Shown piece after piece: positions 33,003 to 42,697 of a stretch of 64,000 nucleotides of DNA (the stretch's first letter is position 1; each line of letters opens with the position of its first letter). The DNA is from Alphaproteobacteria bacterium. GTDB lineage: Bacteria; Pseudomonadota; Alphaproteobacteria; UBA828. The notes beneath the pieces were generated by a model that saw only the letters and a list, made by a program, of their open reading frames with translations, ran no database searches and was not told the origin of the DNA. A program made the translations under genes and the position numbers. The stretch spans positions 800,001 through 864,000 of the forward strand of contig CBDCRW010000006.1 of assembly GCA_965221125.1 (NCBI GenBank), written 5' to 3'.

Positions 33003-36000
33003 CCCGCTTCGCTCCTTCCGGATCGTAGAACACCGGCTCCGTGATCTTGCAGGGGACGAACCCGCTCTCCGGCGCGGCATGGATCGTTTGGCCCTTGCGC
33101 GCGCGGCCGCCCTTCACCAGCGCGAGCGCGATGGAGCGGCCCAGCGCCGGGCTCGCGTAGCTGGAGGTGACGTGGCCGATCATCGGCAGCGGCGGGCGGC
33201 CCGGCCTGTCGACAAGCTGCGTGCCCTCGGGCAGCACGGTGCCGGGGTTCTCGGTGAGGATGCCGACGAGCTGCTTGCGATCCTCTCGGCGCGTGTCCTC
33301 CCGGCTCCAGGCCCGCTTGCCCAGGAAATCCGGCTTCTTCCTGGAAACGATCCAGTCCATGCCGAGGTCGTGGGGCGTGGTGGTGCCGTCGGTCTCCTGG
33401 CCGACGATGATGAAGCCGCGCTCGGCGCGGAGCACGTGCATCGCCTCGGTGCCGTAGGGGGTGATGCCGTGCCCGGCGCCCGCCTCCATCAGCGCCTCCC
33501 ACAGGTGGCGGCCGTGGTGCCAGGGCACGTTGATCTCGAAGCTGAGCTCGCCGGTGAAGCTGATACGGAAGACGCGCGCGTCCACGCCCGCGACGACGCC
33601 CTCCTTCACGCTCATGAAGGGGAAGGACTCGGTATCGAGCGCCATCTCCGGCGCGAGCGCGGCGAGCACCTCGCGGGCCCGGGGCCCGGCCAGCGCCACG
33701 GTCGCCCACTGCTCGGTGACCGAGGTGCAATACACCTTCAGCTCCGGCCACTCGGTCTGCAGCCATTCCTCCAGCCACTCCAGCACCTGGGCCGCGTTGC
33801 CGGTCGTGGTGGTCATCAGGTAGTGCTCGTCGCCGAGCCTTGCGGTGGTGCCGTCGTCGAAGACCATGCCGTCGTCGCCGCACATCAGCCCGTAGCGCAC
33901 CCGGCCCACCTTCAGCGTCGAGAAGGCGTTGGTGTAGACCATGTCGAGCAGGGCGGCGGCGTCCGGCCCCCTGATGTCGATCTTGCCGAGGGTCGAGGCG
34001 TCGAGGATGCCGACCGCGTCCCGCACCGCGCGGCACTCGCGCGCCACTGCGGCGTGCTTGTCCTCGCCCTTACGGGGATACCACCAGGGCCGGTGCCACT
34101 GGCCCACGGGCTCGAACACCGCGCCCGCCGCCTCGTGCCACTCGTGCATGGCGGTGCGGCGCACCGGGTCCATCAGCGGGCCGGTATCGCGGCCTGCGAG
34201 CGCGCCGAAGCTGACCGGCGTATAGGGCGCCCGGTAGGTGGTGAAGCCCACCTCGGGCACGGTCTTGCCCAGCGCGTCCGCCAGGATGGCGAGGCCGTTG
34301 ACGTTCGCCGTCTTGCCCTGGTCGGTGCCCATGCCGACGGTGGTGTAGCGCTTGACGTGCTCGACCGAGCGAAATCCCTCGCGCGCCGCGAGCCGGATGT
34401 CGGCCGCGGTCACGTCGTCCTGGTGGTCGACCATGTGCTTGGCCTTGCCGTGGCCGAGCGGCTTCAGCCCCGGCGCCAGCCAGAAGGGCGTGATGGCACC
34501 GGGCTCGGGCGCCTCGACCGGCGGCGCGGGGGGCGGCGCGCCGTCGCCGAAGCCCGCCGCCTGGGCCGCGCGCGCGCCGGCGGCCGCGCCCTCCGCAACG
34601 CAGGCGGCGAGGCCGAAGCTGCCGCCTGCGGCGCCCGCGACCTCCAGTGCCTGCGTGGCCCGGCCGGGGAGGAAGATGCCGCGCGCCTCCTCGAACGTGA
34701 GCTTGCCCGCCGACTGGCAGAAGAGATGCACCGCCGGGTTCCAGCCGCCGGAGACGAGGACGCTGTCGCAGTAGACGCGATAGCGCTCGCTGGTGAGCCC
34801 GCCGCCCTCGTCGAGTTTCGCGACCGTGACGGAGCTGACCCGCTTCGTCCCGTGCGTGGCGGCGATGACGGAGCCGGTGTGGAGCGGCACGCCCGCCTCC
34901 CTTAGTACCGCCGCCAGCGGCGCCGCAGGCTCGGGCCGGCAATCGACCACGGCGCCGACGTTGCCGCCCGCCTGCACGATGTCGTGAGCCGCCTCGTACG
35001 CCGCGTCGTTGTTGGTGAAGAGCACCGCGCGCCTGCCCGGCAGCGCCGCGTAGTGGTTGACGTAGCGCTGCGCCGCCGAGGCCAGCATGACGCCGGGCCG
35101 GTCGTTGTCGGCGAAAACCAATGGCCGCTCGTGCGCGCCGGTGGCGAGCACCACGCGCCCCGCCTTGATGTTCCAGAGCCGCTGGCGGCTCGTCCCCGCT
35201 GGTGCGCCGGGCCCGAGATGATCGGTGCGGCGCTCGAATGCGGAGAGCGAGTTGTGGTCGTAGTAGCCGAAGAGCGTGGTGCGGGTGAGCACGCGCACCT
35301 CCGGCATGGCGGCAAGACGCTCCACCGCCGCCTCTGCCCAGGCCGCGCCGTCCCTGCCGTCCACCCGGTGGCGGAGGCCGGGCAGCGCACCGCCGAGCGT
35401 CGCCTGCTCGTCCACGAGCAGGACGCGCGCCCCGGCCTCGCCGGCGGCGAGCGCGGCGCAAATCCCCGCCGGGCCGCCGCCCACCACGAGCACGTCGCAG
35501 TGGACGTGCATCTTGTCGTAGCTGTCGGGGTCCGGCGCCTCGGGCGCGCGGCCGAGCCCTGCCATGCGCCGGATCACGGGCTCGTAGAGCGCTTTCCAGA
35601 ACGACGCCGGCCAGAGGAAGGTCTTGTAGTAGAAGCCGGCGGGGAAGAGCGGCGCGAGCTTCCCGGTCCAGGCGGCGAGGTCGCAGTCGGCGCTCGGCCA
35701 GGCGTTGACGCCCGAGGCGGTGAGCCCCTCGTACAGCTCCACCTGCGTCGCGCGCAGGTTGGGCTCGGTGCGCGCGCCGTCGCCGAGCTGCACCAGCGCC
35801 GACGGCTCCTCGGCGCCTGCGGTGAGGATGCCGCGCGGGCGGTGGTACTTGAAGCTCCGGCTGGTGAGGTGGGTGCCGTTCGCGATCAACGCGGAGGCGA
35901 GCGTGTCGCCCGCGCAGCCCTCGTAGCTGCGCCCGTTGAAGGTGAAGCGCAGGCGCTGCGCCCGGTCGATCCGCCCGCCCTGCTCGAGACGAAAGCGCAC
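32995..36000 (-). CDS. soxA: Heterotetrameric sarcosine oxidase alpha subunit
   Basis: GDTLASAL, RSFKYHRPRG, KRYTTVGMGTDQGK, GcvT-like C-terminus; GTG start at 36000. Confidence 0.95.
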   Translation of the reverse strand: MRFRLEQGGRIDRAQRLRFTFNGRSYEGCAGDTLASALIANGTHLTSRSFKYHRPRGILTAGAEEPSALVQLGDGARTEPNLRATQVELYEGLTASGVNAWPSADCDLAAWTGKLAPLFPAGFYYKTFLWPASFWKALYEPVIRRMAGLGRAPEAPDPDSYDKMHVHCDVLVVGGGPAGICAALAAGEAGARVLLVDEQATLGGALPGLRHRVDGRDGAAWAEAAVERLAAMPEVRVLTRTTLFGYYDHNSLSAFERRTDHLGPGAPAGTSRQRLWNIKAGRVVLATGAHERPLVFADNDRPGVMLASAAQRYVNHYAALPGRRAVLFTNNDAAYEAAHDIVQAGGNVGAVVDCRPEPAAPLAAVLREAGVPLHTGSVIAATHGTKRVSSVTVAKLDEGGGLTSERYRVYCDSVLVSGGWNPAVHLFCQSAGKLTFEEARGIFLPGRATQALEVAGAAGGSFGLAACVAEGAAAGARAAQAAGFGDGAPPPAPPVEAPEPGAITPFWLAPGLKPLGHGKAKHMVDHQDDVTAADIRLAAREGFRSVEHVKRYTTVGMGTDQGKTANVNGLAILADALGKTVPEVGFTTYRAPYTPVSFGALAGRDTGPLMDPVRRTAMHEWHEAAGAVFEPVGQWHRPWWYPRKGEDKHAAVARECRAVRDAVGILDASTLGKIDIRGPDAAALLDMVYTNAFSTLKVGRVRYGLMCGDDGMVFDDGTTARLGDEHYLMTTTTGNAAQVLEWLEEWLQTEWPELKVYCTSVTEQWATVALAGPRAREVLAALAPEMALDTESFPFMSVKEGVVAGVDARVFRISFTGELSFEINVPWHHGRHLWEALMEAGAGHGITPYGTEAMHVLRAERGFIIVGQETDGTTTPHDLGMDWIVSRKKPDFLGKRAWSREDTRREDRKQLVGILTENPGTVLPEGTQLVDRPGRPPLPMIGHVTSSYASPALGRSIALALVKGGRARKGQTIHAAPESGFVPCKITEPVFYDPEGAKRDG

Positions 36001-36296
36001 TATCCGCCCTCCGCCTCGTCGCCCGGCGTATCGGGCCTTGGCGTGCCCATGGGATAGATCGCGATCACGTCGTTGCTCACGGTGTCGCGCAGCACGTTGA
36101 ACCAGCGCCGGCAGCCCTCCCGGTGCATCCAGCGCTCGGCATGGACGCCCTTGGGGTTGGTGCGCATGAAGAGGTAGTCGGCCCAGCCGGCATCGTCGGT
36201 CGCCGCCGGATCGGGGCGCGCGATGTGGGCCTCGCCGCCGTAGCGGAACTCGGTCTCGGGCCGCGCGCCGCACCAGGGGCAGTCGATCCAGAGCAT
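36000..36296 (-). CDS. soxD: Heterotetrameric sarcosine oxidase delta subunit
   Basis: CPWCG..EFRYGGEAH...NPKG...H..GCRRWF. Confidence 0.95.
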   Translation of the reverse strand: MLWIDCPWCGARPETEFRYGGEAHIARPDPAATDDAGWADYLFMRTNPKGVHAERWMHREGCRRWFNVLRDTVSNDVIAIYPMGTPRPDTPGDEAEGG

Positions 36297-36306
36297 CCGG
36301 TGTCCC

Positions 36307-37557
36307 CTAGTGCGCCACGGCGGCGGCCGCGTGCTCGTCGATCAGCGCGCCGGAGGTGAAGCGGTCCAGCGCGAAGGGCGCGTTGAGCGGGTGCGGCGCG
36401 CCGGTCGCGATGGTGTGCGCCAGCACCCAGCCCGAGCCCGGCGTGGCCTTGAAGCCGCCGGTGCCCCAGCCGCCGTCGATGAAGAGGCCCTCCACCGGGG
36501 TCTTGCCGATGACGGGCGAGGCATCGGGGCAGACGTCCACGATGCCGGCCCAGGAGCGCATCATGCGCACCCGGCTGAAGATCGGGATCAGCTCGACGAT
36601 CGCCCCCATCTGGTCCTCGATGGTGTGCAGCCCGCCCCGCTGGCTGTAGGAGTTGGGCGGATCGAGCCCGGCGCCGATCACGAGCTCGCCCTTGTCCGAC
36701 TGGCTCACGTAGACGTGCACGCCGTTCGACATGATGACGCAGTGGAGCACGGGCTTGAGCGGCTCCGAGACCAGGGCCTGCAGCGGGTGGCTCTCGATCG
36801 GGAGCCGGAAGCCCGCCATCGCGGCCAATACGGAACTATGCCCCGCGACCACGATGCCGACCATGTCGGCCTTGATCGCGCCTTGCGTGGTCTGCACCCC
36901 GGTCACCCGGCCGGCGTCCACGTCGATGCCCGTGACCTCGCAGTTCTGGATGATGTCCACGCCCCGCGCATCCGCCGCCCGCGCATAGCCCCAGGCGACC
37001 GCATCGTGGCGCGCGTTGCCGCCGCGTCTCTGCAACGTGCCGCCCAGGATCGGGTAGCGCGTCTTCGTCGAGGTGTTGAGGATCGGGCAGAACGCCTTGA
37101 CCTCCTCGGTCGACAGCAGCTCGGCGTCGACCGCGTTCAGCCGGTTGGCGTTGACGCGCCGCGTCGCCTCCTGCAGGTCGTGGACGTTGTGGATCAGGTT
37201 CAGCACGCCCCGCTGGCTGAACATCAGGTTGTAGTTGAGCTCCTGCGCCAGCCCCTCCCAGAGCTTCAGCGAATGCTCGTAGAGGGCGGCGCTCTCGTCC
37301 CACAGGTAGTTGGAGCGGATCACGGTGGTGTTGCGCCCGGTGTTGCCGCCGCCGAGCCAGCCCTTCTCCAGCACCGCCACGTTGGTGATGCCGTGGAGGG
37401 AGGCGAGGTAGTAGGCGGTGGCGAGCCCGTGCCCGCCGGCGCCGATGATGACGACGTCGTAGGCCGGCTTCGGCGCGGGGCTCCGCCACTGCTCCGGCCA
37501 GCGCTCGTGATGGCTCAGCGCGTTGCGCGCGAGGCTGAAGATCGAGAACTTCTTCAT
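36307..37557 (-). CDS. soxB: Heterotetrameric sarcosine oxidase beta subunit
   Basis: [42 protein letters not shown]. Confidence 0.96.
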   Translation of the reverse strand: MKKFSIFSLARNALSHHERWPEQWRSPAPKPAYDVVIIGAGGHGLATAYYLASLHGITNVAVLEKGWLGGGNTGRNTTVIRSNYLWDESAALYEHSLKLWEGLAQELNYNLMFSQRGVLNLIHNVHDLQEATRRVNANRLNAVDAELLSTEEVKAFCPILNTSTKTRYPILGGTLQRRGGNARHDAVAWGYARAADARGVDIIQNCEVTGIDVDAGRVTGVQTTQGAIKADMVGIVVAGHSSVLAAMAGFRLPIESHPLQALVSEPLKPVLHCVIMSNGVHVYVSQSDKGELVIGAGLDPPNSYSQRGGLHTIEDQMGAIVELIPIFSRVRMMRSWAGIVDVCPDASPVIGKTPVEGLFIDGGWGTGGFKATPGSGWVLAHTIATGAPHPLNAPFALDRFTSGALIDEHAAAAVAH

Positions 37558-37746
37558 CTGTGGCTGCCCGAATACAGGAACCGCCCGGCCGTGTCACTCG
37601 CGGGCGGCACGGCAGGCGAATGAGCGAATGCGAGACGGCCGGGCACGCGTCCGCGCGGTGGGATATAGAACGCCGTCCGACCGGATTGAATCGTGTCTGG
37701 TTGCTGCACGGTCACGCTTTCACGTGCTACGCGGCCAGAAAAGAAT

Positions 37747-37858
37747 CCCCCACCTCTCCCCAGCCCTCTCCGCCCCCAGGGGCGGAGAGGGAGACTCCGC
37801 CATCGATGTCAGCGTCCCCCCTCCGCCCATTGGGGGGAGGGGGACAGGGGGAGGTGGG
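37747..37858. repeat. RIME/CIR-like intergenic palindromic element
   Basis: Two inverted copies of CCCACCTCYCCC-N-CCCTCTCCGCCC-N-GGG(C)GGAGRGG, each with an internal hairpin, flanking a short spacer. Confidence 0.75.
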
Positions 37859-37899
37859 AACGCTCGGGCCGCAGCGATCTCGCAAGGTAGGAACTCGCT

Positions 37900-39657
37900 C
37901 TATCCCGCCCTGGCATCCACGCGGATCGTGACGATGTCCGTGTCGTGGTACTGCTGGTGGTGGACCGAGGAGGCGAGGTGGCGCAGCAGCCTGAGCGAGA
38001 CCTCTCGCTCTGGCGCATCGTCACTGCCCTCGCCGATGACCGCGATCCTGTCCTCCAGGTTCTCCTCGCCGGGCGCTGCGATGAACTCCAGCACCGCACC
38101 GCCGGCCTCCTTGTGGGCGGTGAGCAGCAGGCGCCGCTTGCTTCGTGTCTCGCCGGTTTCTTCTTCTTCCTCGTCGTGGCGCAGGAGGGTCAGGATCGCC
38201 TCCTCGGCGGCGGCATCCAGGCGGTGCGCCATCGCCTCGCCCCAGCCGCTGCGGGCGGCGAAAGCCTGCAGGAACTCCCTGATCTTCGGCAGCGACGCAA
38301 TCTCGAACGGCGTCTGGATGCGCCGCCGCCGGGGCGCCGTCAGCTCCATGAAGAGCGTGAGCAGGATCGCGGTCATGCCGCCGGCCGTCATGCCGTTCTC
38401 CAGCAGCCCGCCGGCGATGCCCGAGACATGCTCGGGGAAGATCACGCCGTTCTGGAAGCCGACCCCGATCCAGAAGGAGACGCCGGCGATCAGGCCCTTG
38501 CGGTAGTCGACCCCGTCCTGGACGATGATCCGCATGCCGACCACGAAGAGCAGCCCCAGCAGCACGGTGATGTAGGCCGCCGCGACCGGCCCCGGAATCG
38601 CCAGCACCACGGCGAGCGCCTTGGGAATGAACGCCACGACGACGAATGAGACCCCGAGTGCCACGCCTACGCTGCGCGCGCCGACCCCGGTGAGCGCGGT
38701 GACCGATATGCTCGTCGAGTAGGTCGTGTTCGGCACCGTCCCCATCAGGCCGGAGAAAAGGTTGCCGACGCCGTCGGCGCTCACCGCGCCCTGGACCGCG
38801 CGAAAGTCCACCGCCCGGGGCTTGCGCCAGGAGACGCGCTGGATGGCGACGCCGTCGCCCACCGTCTCGATGGCGCCGACCAGGGTCACGAACACGAAGG
38901 CCGGCAGCAAGCCCCAGAAGACCGGCCCGAAGTCGAGGTCGAAGCCCGGCCATCCGCCTTGCGGCAGGCCGACCCACGATGCTGCGGCGATGCTGCCGAC
39001 GTCGTAGAGGCCGAAGTATCCGGCCACGCCGCAGCCGGCGACGATGCCGATGACCGGCGCCCACAGGCGCAGCACGCCGGTCGCCTTCAACGAGATTCCA
39101 ACGATCGCCAGCGCCGTCACCAGCGCGGAGAGCGGCGCGGCCAGCGTCGGCGTGTCCGCCGGCACCTGGGTCAGCATGCCGAAGACGATGGGCATCACCG
39201 TGACGGGGATCAGCATGATGACCGTGCCGGCCACCGTGGGCGTCAGGATGCGCCGGAGCAGCGAGAGCCGCCACGCGAGCAGGAACTGGAAGAGCGAGGA
39301 GATCACCACCAGCGTGGCCAGCATGGCCGGCCCGCCTTGCGCGATCGCGCCGACGCAGATCGCGATGAAGGCGCCGGACGTGCCCATGACGAGGACGTAG
39401 CCCGCCCCGATGCGCCCGACCCGCACCGCCTGGATGACCGAGGTGATGCCGCTGACCAGGACGGCGCCGAAGACCGCCCACGAGAGGTAGGACGCCTCGC
39501 CGCCCGCGGCGCGGACCACGATCGCAGGCGTCAGCGCGACGCCCGCGATGCAGAGGACGGCAAGCTGTATGCCGAGGCCGCCCGCGAGCAGCGGCGGCGG
39601 TCGCTCGTCGGGCTCGTAGCGAACCCCGCCGGGCCGCTCGGAGCCGCCTGTCGTCAT
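37900..39657 (-). CDS. NCS2 (xanthine/uracil-type) permease fused to a C-terminal RsbW-like HATPase-fold domain
   Basis: YEPDERPP, MGTSGAF, TPTVAGTVI, ETVGD, ADGVGN, ENGMTAG NCS2 features over about 440 aa, then an approximately 145-aa soluble tail resembling anti-sigma kinases. Confidence 0.8.
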   Translation of the reverse strand: MTTGGSERPGGVRYEPDERPPPLLAGGLGIQLAVLCIAGVALTPAIVVRAAGGEASYLSWAVFGAVLVSGITSVIQAVRVGRIGAGYVLVMGTSGAFIAICVGAIAQGGPAMLATLVVISSLFQFLLAWRLSLLRRILTPTVAGTVIMLIPVTVMPIVFGMLTQVPADTPTLAAPLSALVTALAIVGISLKATGVLRLWAPVIGIVAGCGVAGYFGLYDVGSIAAASWVGLPQGGWPGFDLDFGPVFWGLLPAFVFVTLVGAIETVGDGVAIQRVSWRKPRAVDFRAVQGAVSADGVGNLFSGLMGTVPNTTYSTSISVTALTGVGARSVGVALGVSFVVVAFIPKALAVVLAIPGPVAAAYITVLLGLLFVVGMRIIVQDGVDYRKGLIAGVSFWIGVGFQNGVIFPEHVSGIAGGLLENGMTAGGMTAILLTLFMELTAPRRRRIQTPFEIASLPKIREFLQAFAARSGWGEAMAHRLDAAAEEAILTLLRHDEEEEETGETRSKRRLLLTAHKEAGGAVLEFIAAPGEENLEDRIAVIGEGSDDAPEREVSLRLLRHLASSVHHQQYHDTDIVTIRVDARAG

Positions 39658-39750
39658 GCCGCACCCTCCCTGCCTAGGAGTGCGGGCGGTACTGTGGCAC
39701 ACCGGCGGGCCGCGATTAAGGCCCGTGCTGCGCTCCGTGCTCCCCCGCCG

Positions 39751-40653
39751 TCACACGTCGTACTCGAGGCCGATGTCGCGGTAGCGCTCGGGGTCCTCCA
39801 GCCAGCGCTGGCGCACCTTCACGAAGAGCTTGAGGTCGATCGGGCAGCCCAGGATCTGCGAGAGCTCGGCGCGGGCGGCCGTGCCGATGGCCTTGATCCG
39901 CTGCCCGCCCTTGCCGAGGACCATGCCCTTGTGCGTCTCGCGCTGCACGTAGATCACCTGCTCGACCCTGACCGCGCCGCCGCGGCCGCTGCTCCAGCCT
40001 TCGGTCTCCACCGCGACCGCGTAGGGGAGCTCCTGGCGCAGCTGCAGGAAGAGCTGCTCCCGCGTGATCTCGGCCGCCAGCAGGCGCTCAGAGATGTCGG
40101 TGAGCTGGTCTTCGGGATAGAGCCAGGGGCCGGGCGGCATCCGCGCCTTCAGCACGTCCAGCAGGTCGCCCGTGCCGTCGCCGTCGAGCGCGGACACCAT
40201 GAAGATCTCGGCCGCGAGTCCGGTCTCCTGCACGGCGGCGGCCAGCGGCAGCAGCTTGTGGCGCGGCACCAGGTCGATCTTGTTGAGCGCGACCAGGGTC
40301 TCGCGGCCGGTCTCCCTGAGCCTCTCGACGATCGCCCTGGTCTCGCCTGTCAGCCCACGCTTCGCATCCACCAGCAGCAGGATGGCGTCGGCATCGCTGG
40401 CGCCGCTCCAGGCGGCGTGGACCATGGCACGCTCGAAGCGGTGCTTCGCGGCGAAGATACCGGGCGTGTCGACGAAGACGAGCTGGACCTCGTCGAGCAC
40501 GCGGATGCCGCGCAGGCGGCTCCGCGTGGTCTGGACCTTGGGTGAGACGATCGCGACCTTGGCGCCCACGAGACGGTTGACCAGAGTCGACTTGCCGACG
40601 TTGGGCGCCCCCAGCACGGCGACGAAGCCCGCGCGCGTGCCCGTCTCAGCCAT
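39751..40653 (-). CDS. era: GTPase Era
   Basis: GAPNVGKST, QTTR, DTPG, NKID, KH domain with ELPY and GKGG. Confidence 0.97.
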   Translation of the reverse strand: MAETGTRAGFVAVLGAPNVGKSTLVNRLVGAKVAIVSPKVQTTRSRLRGIRVLDEVQLVFVDTPGIFAAKHRFERAMVHAAWSGASDADAILLLVDAKRGLTGETRAIVERLRETGRETLVALNKIDLVPRHKLLPLAAAVQETGLAAEIFMVSALDGDGTGDLLDVLKARMPPGPWLYPEDQLTDISERLLAAEITREQLFLQLRQELPYAVAVETEGWSSGRGGAVRVEQVIYVQRETHKGMVLGKGGQRIKAIGTAARAELSQILGCPIDLKLFVKVRQRWLEDPERYRDIGLEYDV

Positions 40654-41395
40654 CGCCGCGCGCATCGTCGCCGGCAATCCGCAGGAGAAGCGCAGCGGCG
40701 GCCCCTTGCTCCGCCGCGCGCTTGCTGGCGCCGGTGGCGACCGCGCTTCCGAGCCCGGCGACCTCCGCCTCGACCTCGAAGAGGGGCGCGTGGGCGGGGC
40801 CGCTCGCGGACAGCGTGCGGTAGATGGGCAGCCCGAGCGCCCTGGATTGCGTCCATTCCTGGAGCCGTGTCTTGGCGTCCTGCGGGGGTTCGGGATCGGC
40901 CGCCATCGCCGGGGCCCAGTGGCGGCGGACGAAGCGTTCCGCGGCGTCGAGCCCGCCGTCGATGTAGAGCGCGCCGATCACCGCCTCGCAGGCATCCGCG
41001 AGGTTGGCCGGATTGTCGCGCCCGCCCGCTGCGCCCTCGCCGCGCCCCATGGCGAGCCGCGGGCCGAGCGAGAGCGCGCGCGCCACGTCCGCCAGCGCCT
41101 CGCGGCGGACCAGCGCCGAGTAACGCTGGGAGAGGGCGCCCTCGGCTTCGTTGGGAAACGCCTCGTACAGCATCGCCGCCACGACCATGCCGAGCACGCG
41201 GTCCCCCAGGAACTCCAGGCGCTGGTTGCTGCCGCCCTGCGTGCCCGCGCTCGGGTGGCGAAGGGCGCGGGCAAGCAGCGCCGGGCGGGCGAAGCGGTGG
41301 CCGAGCGCCTCTTCGAGCTCCTCCGCCGCTGCAGTGGCGTCCGCGTCGGCCGGCGGGGCTGCCGCGCCCTCGGGCGCTAGTCGATCGCCTTGAAT
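40646..41395 (-). CDS. rnc: Ribonuclease III; start non-canonical or uncertain
   Basis: NQRLEFLGD, ADACEAVIGALYIDGG, dsRBD DAKTRLQEW...GPAHAPLF; lies between lepB and era. Confidence 0.9.
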   Translation of the reverse strand: MQGDRLAPEGAAAPPADADATAAAEELEEALGHRFARPALLARALRHPSAGTQGGSNQRLEFLGDRVLGMVVAAMLYEAFPNEAEGALSQRYSALVRREALADVARALSLGPRLAMGRGEGAAGGRDNPANLADACEAVIGALYIDGGLDAAERFVRRHWAPAMAADPEPPQDAKTRLQEWTQSRALGLPIYRTLSASGPAHAPLFEVEAEVAGLGSAVATGASKRAAEQGAAAALLLRIAGDDARGDG

Positions 41396-42144
41396 ATCCG
41401 CTCGCCGCGCGTTGCGTCCGGCCAGTTCCAGACCTCGCCGATACCGACCCCGTCTGCCAGCGAGTGGAAGATGAACTCGGCCCGGCCGACGAGGTTTTCC
41501 GACGGGATGAACCCGACCGACGGCACGCGGCTGTCGAGCGAGTTGTCGCGGTTGTCGCCCATGGCGAAGTAGTGATCGGGGGGCACGGTGTAGATCTGCG
41601 TGTTGTCGAGGCTGCCTGTGGGCGTTGCGTCGAGGGTCATGTAGGTCACGCCATTGGGCAGCGTCTCGCGGTACTGGCGCAGCACCCGCTCGCGCCCGTA
41701 GCGGTCCTTGTAGCTGTAGTCGTCGATGCGCTCGCGCTCGACCGGCGTGCCGTTGATGTGGAGGAGGCCCTTGAGGACCTGGATGCGATCGCCCGGCAGA
41801 CCCACGATGCGCTTGATGTAGTCGGTCTCGTTGTCGCGCGGCAGCTTGAAGACGGCGACGTCGCCGCGCTCGGGCGGGCTGTCGATGATGCGGCCGTCGA
41901 ACAGGTCGATGCTCCACGGCAGCGAGTACTTGCTGTAGCCGTAGGCATACTTGGACACGAACAGGTAGTCGCCGACGAGCAGCGTCGGGATCATCGAGCC
42001 GGACGGGATGTTGAAGGGCTCGATGGCGACGGTGCGCACGACCAGCGCGGCGATCACCGCATAGATCAGGGTCCGGACCGTGTCCCACAGGCCGCTCGAC
42101 TTCTTCTTGGCCGAGCCCTTGTCTTCAGTCTTGGCGCGCCACAT
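41377..42144 (-). CDS. lepB: Signal peptidase I
   Basis: PFNIPSGSM, DYIKRIVGLPGD, GDNRDNSLDSR. Confidence 0.97.
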   Translation of the reverse strand: MWRAKTEDKGSAKKKSSGLWDTVRTLIYAVIAALVVRTVAIEPFNIPSGSMIPTLLVGDYLFVSKYAYGYSKYSLPWSIDLFDGRIIDSPPERGDVAVFKLPRDNETDYIKRIVGLPGDRIQVLKGLLHINGTPVERERIDDYSYKDRYGRERVLRQYRETLPNGVTYMTLDATPTGSLDNTQIYTVPPDHYFAMGDNRDNSLDSRVPSVGFIPSENLVGRAEFIFHSLADGVGIGEVWNWPDATRGERIFKAID

Positions 42145-42204
42145 GTACGGTCGGTTCGGTTCCAGCCGGTCGCGGCCCAGGTCGTTTGCCGACCCTTATT
42201 GCCG

Positions 42205-42609
42205 TCAGTCGGTCGCGGGGATTGCCGTGATCACCACGATGGCCTGCGCGATGGGCGGCTCATCGGTCAACGTCACGTCGATGCGGCACCTCATGCCCGA
42301 AGGCGTGAGCGATTGCAAGCGTTTGAGCGCGCCGCCGGAGAGCTCGATGGTCGGCTGGCCCGAGGGAAGATTGACCACCGCCATGTCGCGCCAGAAGACG
42401 CCGCCCCGCAAACCCGTGCCGAGCGCCTTCGCGCAGGCTTCCTTGGCGGCGAAGCGCCGCGCGTAGGTTTCTTCGGGCCGCAGGCGGCGCTCGGCGCGCG
42501 CGCGCTCGACTGCGGTGAAGACGCGGTGGGTGAAGCGCGACCCGAAGCGGTCGAGCGTCGCCGCGATCCGCCTGATGTCGACGATATCGGCGCCGAGGCC
42601 CACGATCAT
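42205..42609 (-). CDS. acpS: Holo-ACP synthase
   Basis: [29 protein letters not shown]. Confidence 0.95.
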   Translation of the reverse strand: MIVGLGADIVDIRRIAATLDRFGSRFTHRVFTAVERARAERRLRPEETYARRFAAKEACAKALGTGLRGGVFWRDMAVVNLPSGQPTIELSGGALKRLQSLTPSGMRCRIDVTLTDEPPIAQAIVVITAIPATD

Positions 42610-42697
42610 CGGCCACCCCTGCGGCTCGATTGCCACGCTCATGGCGCCGGCACGCGGGCCGTTCCGGGCCGCCGCTCGCGCCACCCTAAGCGTGCCA

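Noticed and set aside
37558-37745. Glycine or other riboswitch upstream of soxB
   Set aside because: No recognisable aptamer consensus was found by eye.
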